From a virus (taxonomy: Duplodnaviria > Caudoviricetes), in IMG/VR virus record IMGVR_UViG_3300021375_000006: DNA of 64,000 nt. One strand, 5' to 3'. This document shows positions 8,644 to 15,471 of this stretch, piece by piece. Position numbers and translations under genes: made by a program. The number at the start of each line of letters is the position of its first letter. The first letter of the stretch is position 1. The notes under the pieces are model-generated. The model worked only from the letters and a program-made list of their open reading frames with translations, had not been told where the DNA came from and searched no databases.

Positions 8644-8795
8644 TATATTCCTTGTACGATTGCATTGTAGATTAACAATCCAACAACCATAGCAATAACT
8701 GCTATCATAGAAATACCTGCTAAGGTCTCATTGGTTTCTACTTGTTTTCTTGATCTACCTTGCCAATCGTTTGGGTTCCAATTTTTATCTTCCAT
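8643..8795 (-). CDS. small membrane protein (50 aa)
   Basis: MEDKNWNPNDWQGRSRKQVETNETLAGISMIAVIAMVVGLLIYNAIVQGI, with one C-terminal hydrophobic helix. Confidence 0.6.
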   Translation of the reverse strand: MEDKNWNPNDWQGRSRKQVETNETLAGISMIAVIAMVVGLLIYNAIVQGI

Positions 8796-8799
8796 AATT

Positions 8800-8967
8800 T
8801 TAAAATTCGTCTATTTCAGAGAGTAACCAGATAACTAAATATGCGTAAATGGCTCCTGGAATGAATAACATCAGAATTCTAACTAGTAGAACGTCTATGT
8901 TGAAGTAGTGTGCAAGTCCTGCACAAACTCCTCCAATCCATCCGGGTTTCCTATAGAACTTATTCAT
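8800..8967 (-). CDS. PspC-domain membrane protein (55 aa)
   Basis: MNKFYRKPGWIGGVCAGLAHYFNIDVLLVRILMLFIPGAIYAYLVIWLL matches the PspC GGVCAGLA-Y signature. Confidence 0.85.
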   Translation of the reverse strand: MNKFYRKPGWIGGVCAGLAHYFNIDVLLVRILMLFIPGAIYAYLVIWLLSEIDEF

Positions 8968-8979
8968 ATATTATTATAG

Positions 8980-9105
8980 TTAACTTGAGTATTTTGTTTC
9001 TGGGCAACAGTCTACGCGATTGCATTTTTGACATTTCCAATAACTATCTCCCTGTGATGTCATAACCTGCATTGGTATTTCACATTTCTTACAATACTTA
9101 TCCAT
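8980..9105 (-). CDS. small zinc-ribbon protein (41 aa)
   Basis: MDKYCKKCEIPMQVMTSQGDSYWKCQKCNRVDCCPETKYSS. Confidence 0.55.
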   Translation of the reverse strand: MDKYCKKCEIPMQVMTSQGDSYWKCQKCNRVDCCPETKYSS

Positions 9106-9112
9106 TAAGTAT

Positions 9113-9664
9113 TTATCGGCCTAATTCTTTGTTAGTATGAGGAAAGCTTAAATTAGTAAAATTTAACTCTGGTAAAAAGTTTTTTATATCCTCTCCTGTA
9201 TTTTTTTCTATATCGAATATTAATAGCCTTTTAGCTCTATCTCCAACAAAATATTCTCTAACTAGCCGATCATGATATAACCATTCAGATTTCCAGTAGT
9301 TAACTTGATCTATATCTTGATTAAGAATATGTTCAAACTCAGCTTCGTATGCATATTTAATTGTGCTATATAATTTTAACCTACTAATAACCCAATCTTT
9401 TATTGGTCTAATATTATAGATAAATTTTGCATCTGGGTATTGTTCTGCAAATAGTTGAAAATGTCTCTGTATAAAACCAACGTCAGTCCATGCTACAATA
9501 TCATCATAAGGCTCACATAGTGGTTTACCTAATCTATGATTTTCAATAAAATGTCTTTCCCATTTCTTATGGTCCCAATGTACGGCATTATGTCCATTCT
9601 GATTAAAAAAATTACAGATAGAAAGAGTTCCACATCTATTAAAACCTATTTGAAATACTTTCAT
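9113..9664 (-). CDS. sulfotransferase-family protein
   Basis: N-terminal FQIGFNRCGTLS (5'-PSB-like loop) and AKFIYNIRPIKDWVIS (3'-PB-like). Confidence 0.7.
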   Translation of the reverse strand: MKVFQIGFNRCGTLSICNFFNQNGHNAVHWDHKKWERHFIENHRLGKPLCEPYDDIVAWTDVGFIQRHFQLFAEQYPDAKFIYNIRPIKDWVISRLKLYSTIKYAYEAEFEHILNQDIDQVNYWKSEWLYHDRLVREYFVGDRAKRLLIFDIEKNTGEDIKNFLPELNFTNLSFPHTNKELGR

Positions 9665-9670
9665 AATTAT

Positions 9671-10060
9671 TTAAGCATTTATCGTCCTCAAATGTTTATA
9701 CCATTTAATTAGATGTGAAGCTGTCTTATAGTTAGTGGCTAGTGGTATATTGTGAACATCACAAAGTCTCATCAACATAGAAATATCTACATCGTGGGCA
9801 TGTTTACCTAGTGGATCTCTCATAAAAATAACCAGATCGATTTCACCTCTGGTTACCATTGCTGCAATTTCTGCATCACCACCTAGTGGTCCACTCTGTA
9901 CTGGTTCTACTTTCTTAATACCAGCTCTTTTACAATGAGAGCCAGTTGTACCCGTGGCTACAATGTGAATATCTTCCTCATTAAAAAAGGTTAACCTCTT
10001 TGATACAAAAGCAACCATATCTGCTTTCTTGTTGTCATGTGCTATTAAAGCGATTTTCAT
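9671..10060 (-). CDS. mgsA: methylglyoxal synthase
   Basis: IALIAHDNKK, ATGTTG, SGPLGGD, DPLGKHAHDVD, IPLATN. Confidence 0.95.
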   Translation of the reverse strand: MKIALIAHDNKKADMVAFVSKRLTFFNEEDIHIVATGTTGSHCKRAGIKKVEPVQSGPLGGDAEIAAMVTRGEIDLVIFMRDPLGKHAHDVDISMLMRLCDVHNIPLATNYKTASHLIKWYKHLRTINA

Positions 10061-10075
10061 AAATATCTATTTTAG

Positions 10076-10150
10076 TCGGGGTGGCAGGATTCGAACCTGC
10101 GGCCTCCACGTCCCAAACGTGGCGCGATAACCGGGCTACGCTACACCCCG
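10076..10150 (-). tRNA. tRNA-Pro(TGG)
   Basis: Cloverleaf CGGGGTG...CCACG-TTTGGGA-CGTGG...GGTTCGAATCC...CACCCCGA. No encoded CCA. Confidence 0.95.
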
Positions 10151-10552
10151 TTCGTGTAACTCTTTTTTCTTTTGAGGAAGATCTCCCTCTTCGATTTGCC
10201 TTAATAAATAAAGAGAATTGCTAGTTCTAAATAACCAGTAATTCTCTCTTGATTCTATAATTTCTTGAACTGCGGTGGTCTGCCATGTAAAAAAAGGATT
10301 GAATGGCGACATTAGAAGACTTAACCCCTCTTTTGGTAATTTATGTCTTTTTTTATACGTACGATCCTCATTAAACTCTAACCAAGTAACCTTTGCTGAT
10401 ATTTTTTGAAAGCCAGGTTCTTCTGGTTTTGTTAATATCCATTTAGGTTCACCTTCAGTCAGGCCAATTAACTCAGCCTGATCTCGATCAATTTTAAATT
10501 TACCATCTTCATCATAACCTAAGATGAGTTTGGGTTGACGTCCGCCTATCAT
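10136..10552 (-). CDS. hypothetical protein (its stop lies inside tRNA-Pro)
   Basis: 138-aa ORF preceded by TGAAAC-N17-TATAAC at 10582-10610. Confidence 0.7.
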   Translation of the reverse strand: MIGGRQPKLILGYDEDGKFKIDRDQAELIGLTEGEPKWILTKPEEPGFQKISAKVTWLEFNEDRTYKKRHKLPKEGLSLLMSPFNPFFTWQTTAVQEIIESRENYWLFRTSNSLYLLRQIEEGDLPQKKKELHERGVA

Positions 10553-10611
10553 GTCTTCATTACTTTATGTAATATTTATGTGTTATAGATAAAATCTGTG
10601 AATAGTTTCAC

Positions 10612-10690
10612 GGTAGTCAAGGAGAGACTTGAACTCTCATGTAACCAATTACTCTTTCAACAAGGTATAAGCTTGAGGAGATACTTGACT
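10612..10690 (-). ncRNA. non-canonical D-armless tRNA-like RNA with a TAT (Ile) anticodon loop
   Basis: 7-bp acceptor AGTCAAG/CTTGACT, T arm GAGAG-TTCAAGT-CTCTC, anticodon arm CAAG-CTTATAC-CTTG. No D arm, but an extra GTAA-TTGG-TTAC hairpin before the T arm. Confidence 0.7.
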
Positions 10691-10695
10691 ATGTG

Positions 10696-10769
10696 CGGTC
10701 TGGACGGGATTCGAACCCGCGACCCCATGCGTGACAGGCATGTATTCTAACCAGCTGAACTACCAGACC
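10696..10769 (-). tRNA. tRNA-Asp(GTC)
   Basis: GGTCTGG...CATGC-CTGTCAC-GCATG...GGTTCGAATCC...CCAGACCG. Confidence 0.95.
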
Positions 10770-10784
10770 ATAATAATATGTTTA

Positions 10785-10859
10785 CTCCACTTGGACTCTC
10801 CTTTCGGTTGTAGGCGTGAGATTTGACGCCTCGTTGTTCGGCTTTCGCCTATCCAAGAG
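10785..10859 (-). ncRNA. compact four-way-junction structured RNA candidate
   Basis: Closing stem CTTGGA/TCCAAG around hairpins GGC-GAAA-GCC, AGGCGT-N8-ACGCCT and CC-GAAA-GG. Confidence 0.55.
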
Positions 10860-10860
10860 C

Positions 10861-10976
10861 GGGGGAGTAGGGGATTCGAACCCCTACTTCTGCCTAACCA
10901 ACTTAATCACATCGCGTAACTAGTATGATGCTTTCAGTCTTAAGGTTGGAGCGTCGTACCGTTTGACTAACTCCCC
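10861..10976 (-). ncRNA. tRNA-like RNA (116 nt) with an enlarged anticodon domain / possible 35-nt intron
   Basis: Acceptor GGGGAGT/ACTCCCC, D arm GTC-AAACGGTAC-GAC, T arm AGGGG-TTCGAAT-CCCCT. Stem CCAAC/GTTGG encloses 42 nt instead of 7. Confidence 0.7.
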
Positions 10977-10984
10977 ATATTTAG

Positions 10985-11058
10985 TGAACCAGACAGGATT
11001 CGAACCTGTGACCGTCTGCTTAGAAGGCAGATGCTCTATCCAGCTGAGCTACTGGTCC
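10985..11058 (-). tRNA. tRNA-Arg(TCT)
   Basis: GGACCAG...TCTGC-CTTCTAA-GCAGA...GGTTCGAATCC...CTGGTTCA. Confidence 0.95.
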
Positions 11059-11063
11059 ATAAG

Positions 11064-11154
11064 AAAGAGAGGCTTCGGGTCTTTCGGGGTTACTACTATA
11101 TAGAAGCTAACCCTTGCTTTTATCCATATAAGTGTAGCTTCACTACCTCTCTTT
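11064..11154 (-). ncRNA. structured intergenic RNA candidate between tRNA-Leu and tRNA-Arg
   Basis: 9-bp closing stem AAAGAGAGG/CCTCTCTTT and a 7-bp inner stem GAAGCTA/TAGCTTC. Confidence 0.45.
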
Positions 11155-11157
11155 TAG

Positions 11158-11243
11158 TACCGCTGGGCGGGCTCGAACCGCCACGGACATTACTGTCCAA
11201 GGGATTTTAAGTCCCTCGTGTCTACCAATTCCACCACAGCGGC
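11158..11243 (-). tRNA. tRNA-Leu(TAA)
   Basis: GCCGCTG...AGGGA-CTTAAAA-TCCCT, long variable arm GGACAG-TAA-TGTCC, T arm, A discriminator. Confidence 0.95.
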
Positions 11244-11292
11244 ATTTGGTACTAAATCTAGATGTCAAAGAGCTTTGTTGCTAATTACAGTA

Positions 11293-11325
11293 CTAATATA
11301 CGAAAAATAATTGACAACTAAAAAT
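11293..11325 (-). promoter_or_regulatory. early/host-type promoter (Bacteroidota -7 box TATATTAG with upstream TGTCA) driving the tRNA array
   Basis: TTGTCAATTATTTTTCGTATATTAGTAC. Near-identical copies at 13086, 13200 and 36206. Confidence 0.65.
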
Positions 11326-11349
11326 CTGGGGGCAATTAATTTGTTAAAA

Positions 11350-12390
11350 TTATGAAATTAAGTGTGGTTTGGCTTCTGCTAGTCCTGCGTTTGTAACTAC
11401 ATTATATTCTGCTCGATTAAAATATTCAAGTAGATCATTAGCTCCAGCGTATGAGAATGCTGATTTGATTCCATCGGTTAGTCCATTGATAATAAACCTA
11501 GCGCCACCTTTAAATGGAATTGTAGTAGACTCGCCTTCAACATTACGTTGCTTTTGAGCGTGTGTAATTTTAGTCTCTAAAGATGCAGAACCACGATAAC
11601 GTTTGAAAAGACCTGCTGGAGTTTCAAGAATGGCTCCTGGCGACTCCTTTGTACCTGCTAATAGTGAACCAACCATTACACAATCGGCACCCACTGCGAG
11701 CGCTTTTGCAATGTCTCCGGATGATTTAATACCACCGTCTGCCATGATGGGAATTCCAGCAGAATCTGCAACTTTAAATACATCTTCAATTGAGGTTACA
11801 TTAGGTACACCGAAACCGGTCTTAATACGAGTGGTACAAAGAGAACCTCCCCCAATACCAACTCGTAGACCATCAGCTCCCCAAGCAATCAGATCTTCTG
11901 CTGCTTCTGCCGTTGCGATATTACCGGCAATAACATCTGTAAACTCTTCCAGATTTGCCTTCAATTCAGCTAGAGCGACTTCCATATTGCCATGGTGGCC
12001 ATGCGCAACATCAACGAGTATGATATTACAACCTGCTTCTTCAAGTGCGACAGCGCGGTCCAGGTAGTCTCCTACGACGCCCACTGCTGCCATGATAGGT
12101 AGATGTGAAAGTACAATATCACTGTCTCTAAAAGCTACTAGTTTTTTAACCTGTGCTACTTGCTCTTCGATAGACATAAACCTATGAATACAGCCAACTC
12201 CACCCATTTCCATCAGTGTTGCTGCCATTTCATACTCAGTTACTGTGTCCATACATGAACCTACAATTGGAATATCAATTGACCAGTTTCTACTAACATT
12301 AACTGCTAGTGAGATATTCTGGCGTGTTGGGATGTCAGAAAAGTTAGGGATGAGTTGAATATCATCGTACGTTAGTGCTTGCTTTCGCAT
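11350..12390 (-). CDS. IMP dehydrogenase / GMP reductase family (no CBS domains)
   Basis: MDTVTE, DVAHGH, VIAGNIAT, GIGGGSLCTTR, IMADGGIKSSGDIAKALAVGADCVMVGSLLAGTKESPG. Confidence 0.9.
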   Translation of the reverse strand: MRKQALTYDDIQLIPNFSDIPTRQNISLAVNVSRNWSIDIPIVGSCMDTVTEYEMAATLMEMGGVGCIHRFMSIEEQVAQVKKLVAFRDSDIVLSHLPIMAAVGVVGDYLDRAVALEEAGCNIILVDVAHGHHGNMEVALAELKANLEEFTDVIAGNIATAEAAEDLIAWGADGLRVGIGGGSLCTTRIKTGFGVPNVTSIEDVFKVADSAGIPIMADGGIKSSGDIAKALAVGADCVMVGSLLAGTKESPGAILETPAGLFKRYRGSASLETKITHAQKQRNVEGESTTIPFKGGARFIINGLTDGIKSAFSYAGANDLLEYFNRAEYNVVTNAGLAEAKPHLIS

Positions 12391-12452
12391 TTTGTTTTTA
12401 ATTTAAAAGGTAAGAATTTGATAGTTATACTATGATTATCTGTGTTTGTTTC

Positions 12453-13049
12453 TTAAACTTTACCAGCAATTATAGCTTTTCCTCTACGAATTCTATTTTT
12501 GATAGTCTGAAGAGGTAAGTCATACTTTTTAGCAATGTCTTCATATTTCATATTGTTAAGTAGCCTATCTTCTAGAATACCTTTGTACATTGGCTTAAGA
12601 GTTTCAATACCTTTAAGAGCTTGTTCGTATCTATTCATTAGCTCGTCATCTTCATCAATCCAATCTTGCTCAGATTTATATTCCATTTCAACAAGTAGAT
12701 CCTTTGCAGAAGTTCTAGCATAATACCTAGATACTTCTATTCCACTATCTTGAAGTGCATCAATAGATCTTTTTTTGTTTCTTTGGCGAATCCAGCCTAG
12801 ACATTCATTGAATGCAATTCTGTAAAGCCATGTTGTGATTTGATATTGTGGATCGTATTGGTCTATTTTAGTCCACATTTTAGTAAGTGTATTTGTGACA
12901 ATGTCATCTTTAGCATCATTGTCTTTGACTACGTTAAAGACATAGTTCTCTAAGCCTGGTTTTATTTTATCATATAAGACTTTGTAGTCTTTTTCTGATC
13001 TGGATTTTGTAAAATTTTCTGCTAGTTCGCGATAGGATTTTTTAGACAT
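12453..13049 (-). CDS. ECF-type RNA polymerase sigma factor
   Basis: Region 2: KDDIVTNTLTKMW...YDPQYQITTWLYRIAFNECLGWIRQR. Region 4 HTH: MKYEDIAKKYDLPLQTIKNRIRRGK. Confidence 0.92.
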   Translation of the reverse strand: MSKKSYRELAENFTKSRSEKDYKVLYDKIKPGLENYVFNVVKDNDAKDDIVTNTLTKMWTKIDQYDPQYQITTWLYRIAFNECLGWIRQRNKKRSIDALQDSGIEVSRYYARTSAKDLLVEMEYKSEQDWIDEDDELMNRYEQALKGIETLKPMYKGILEDRLLNNMKYEDIAKKYDLPLQTIKNRIRRGKAIIAGKV

Positions 13050-13085
13050 ATATGCTTTTTTAGGTTAAACTTCTTAATAACTGTA

Positions 13086-13118
13086 CTAATATAATAAAAA
13101 TAACTGATATAAAAAAAT
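13086..13118 (-). promoter_or_regulatory. early/host-type promoter upstream of the ECF sigma gene
   Basis: TATCAGTTATTTTTATTATATTAGTAC. Confidence 0.6.
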
Positions 13119-13199
13119 GTTTTTGCAATTATTTTGTAATTAGTTTGTCTGTTAGTAGTATTATTACATGCTTTTTCGCAAACTTACATAATTACAGTA

Positions 13200-13232
13200 C
13201 AAATATACGAAAAAAAACTGACATAAAAAAAT
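13200..13232 (-). promoter_or_regulatory. second early/host-type promoter (exact TAnnTTTG)
   Basis: TGTCAGTTTTTTTTCGTATATTTGTAC. Confidence 0.65.
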
Positions 13233-13268
13233 ATTATGGCAGTTATTTTGTAAAAGTTATTAACAATT

Positions 13269-13787
13269 TTAGAAATCTTGAAAAATTTCAATAAGTTTAG
13301 GTAACTCTTGTGGTTTGTGTCCCCATAGATCTGTTGACACATTAATAATCCTTTTTTTAGGATCTGATTTGAATTGTTTAGCTGGATAACCAATAAAAGA
13401 ATACCATTTCTTTCTTTTACCTGGCCATGCTGCTAATGGATAGTAGGATAGAGATGCTTTATTTTTTGCATCTTCTTCGATACACTTTATGATTTTACAG
13501 CCAGGTCTTAGCATATTCTTACTATCTAATAATTCTAAAGCTTGGTCATGTTCTCCTAAACAGAATAAGATTTTACCGTTTAATCTTAACATTGCATCTT
13601 GTCCAGTTTTAGGGTCATGTGCAAAATTACCTAAATGATAAACTATATCATTTTTTGTAACCGTTTCATTCCAAAGTGAAATTAATTTATCTGTCATCTC
13701 ATCGACGTTTTCAAAGTCTCGATTATACTTTTTAATAGCTGTCGGTCTACCTAATTGTAGATTTGATGTTACGAATATTTTACCCAT
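13269..13787 (-). CDS. calcineurin-like metallophosphoesterase fold protein with degenerate metal ligands
   Basis: FVTSNLQLG / DIVYHLGNFA / LGEHD align with the DxH / GD / GNHD motifs, but several ligands are substituted. Confidence 0.75.
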   Translation of the reverse strand: MGKIFVTSNLQLGRPTAIKKYNRDFENVDEMTDKLISLWNETVTKNDIVYHLGNFAHDPKTGQDAMLRLNGKILFCLGEHDQALELLDSKNMLRPGCKIIKCIEEDAKNKASLSYYPLAAWPGKRKKWYSFIGYPAKQFKSDPKKRIINVSTDLWGHKPQELPKLIEIFQDF

Positions 13788-14329
13788 TAGGCTACTATAA
13801 ATTTTATATTGTAATTATCCCAAAGCTCTCCAGTTAATGAAAGTTCGTTTACGCCTCCTTGTGCATTTTGAATTCTTTTATCATCTGAAATATCTACAAA
13901 AAGATAAAGTACAAAATCATAATGAGTTGCGTAAATCATTGACTGTCCAATACCAGCTCTAAGATCTGAACCTCTTTTTCCTTTCTTGAATTCAATAGCA
14001 ATTTTAATACCATTCATTTCAACTACCATGTCGGGTCTATTTCTAGTTCCCATAAAAAGGATATGATTAACAGTAGTGTTAACATCACCTTCCCATTTAA
14101 CAGAAGACTTAACTATTTCTTTTGCCTTCTCTTTATCATCCTCACCTTCAGAGACTAAATAATTTGTTAAGTCTCTAACAAGGTGTGGGTAAATAAATTG
14201 TTTGATCTGATCTTCTGACTTTTTCTTATAGTTCAGTGTTCCGAATATATCTTCATGTGTGATAGACTCAGAAATAAGATCTAAAAATTCTACTCTCTTC
14301 GAGGATTTACTTGCTTGTTTCATTTGCAA
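13787..14329 (-). CDS. PD-(D/E)XK nuclease-fold protein
   Basis: RPDMVVE...IAIEFKK...AGIGQSMIYA (PD..ExK plus QxxxY). Confidence 0.65.
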   Translation of the reverse strand: MQMKQASKSSKRVEFLDLISESITHEDIFGTLNYKKKSEDQIKQFIYPHLVRDLTNYLVSEGEDDKEKAKEIVKSSVKWEGDVNTTVNHILFMGTRNRPDMVVEMNGIKIAIEFKKGKRGSDLRAGIGQSMIYATHYDFVLYLFVDISDDKRIQNAQGGVNELSLTGELWDNYNIKFIVA

Positions 14330-14816
14330 CTGGTTCTACTTCCACTTCTACCTCTTCAGCACCTTGAATTTTAGTTTCTAATTCAGCTAATTCTTTATGT
14401 AAATCAGCTATTTCTTTATTCATAGTTGCTAATTCGGTCATAGCGGTAGATACAGTTTCTCCTACATGTGTTAACATAGTGATGAATTTTCTTGCATTTT
14501 CAATACCAGTACCTTCTACATTTAAAAGTGCTTGATATAAAGCATTTAATTCATGACCTCTTAGAGAAATAATAGTATCTTCGCTATCGGATTTTAATAA
14601 TTCTTTATTTTGCAATTTAAGTTGGTCATATAAAGTAACAACTACTGCTGCGTTATTAGTTTTCCAAGTATAACCTTTATTAAGGTGTTCCATTAAGGTT
14701 TTAACCATTTTTCTGTCATCAAACTTGATTTCAAATGTTTTCTCAGCTGCAGAAATCTGCATTTGGTCAACCTTTTCGGTTAATTCTTGTTTTTGTTTTG
14801 TTAGCGTTTTGCTCAT
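14307..14816 (-). CDS. hypothetical coiled-coil protein
   Basis: 169-aa ORF from the track. Confidence 0.75.
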   Translation of the reverse strand: MSKTLTKQKQELTEKVDQMQISAAEKTFEIKFDDRKMVKTLMEHLNKGYTWKTNNAAVVVTLYDQLKLQNKELLKSDSEDTIISLRGHELNALYQALLNVEGTGIENARKFITMLTHVGETVSTAMTELATMNKEIADLHKELAELETKIQGAEEVEVEVEPVANETSK

Positions 14817-14852
14817 TTTAATAAAAATTTAATCTAATTTATATATTGTTTT

Positions 14853-15326
14853 TTAAAAGTCATCATTTCTGACTCGTAAATCGAAGTCTTTGAAGTTCTC
14901 AAACTGGTCATCATCAGTATTCATCCTTCTAATGATAGAGTCATTTGGATCGTTTCTATATTCTAACCGTTCAACTCTAGTTATTCTAGGTGGATCTAAA
15001 TAAATTACCATACATTGGTCTCTGTATTCTTTAGGTAAAACATCTAAACCATCTTTTGACATTATCATTACATCGGCAAGATCGAAATCTTTTTTAGTCT
15101 GACCATAATACCATCCGTTAAACTCCATATACTCTACGAATTCTCCACATTCAATCATCGTTTCAAATTCTTCTTTGTCTACAAAATGATAATCTTGATG
15201 ATTAACTTCATTCTCTCTAGGAGGTCTAGTAGTGTGGCTAACACCGCTTACAAATCCTTTCTTAGCTAGTCTATTCTTTAAAAAATCTTTGCCTGCGGCT
15301 GCTTTACCTACTAGGATTAACTTCAT
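14853..15326 (-). CDS. gmk: guanylate kinase
   Basis: GKAAAGK P-loop, VSHTTRPPRENEVNHQDYHFV, FNGWYYG. Confidence 0.9.
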   Translation of the reverse strand: MKLILVGKAAAGKDFLKNRLAKKGFVSGVSHTTRPPRENEVNHQDYHFVDKEEFETMIECGEFVEYMEFNGWYYGQTKKDFDLADVMIMSKDGLDVLPKEYRDQCMVIYLDPPRITRVERLEYRNDPNDSIIRRMNTDDDQFENFKDFDLRVRNDDF

Positions 15327-15471
15327 AGTTCTTATACTGATTCTTTAGTTTTTGTTTTGTTTTTTATTGATTTAATAGCTAATGAAGCCACGAGTGCCAT
15401 AGCTGTGATGTTAAGTGCATTAGGATGCCAGTGTTCTCCACAAAATCCCATTGCATGGTAGATTAATTCTG

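Noticed and set aside
10861-10976. tmRNA interpretation of the GGGG...-starting tRNA-like RNA
   Set aside because: No G3:U70 alanine identity pair, a real D stem is present, and it is far too short for a tag ORF and pseudoknots.
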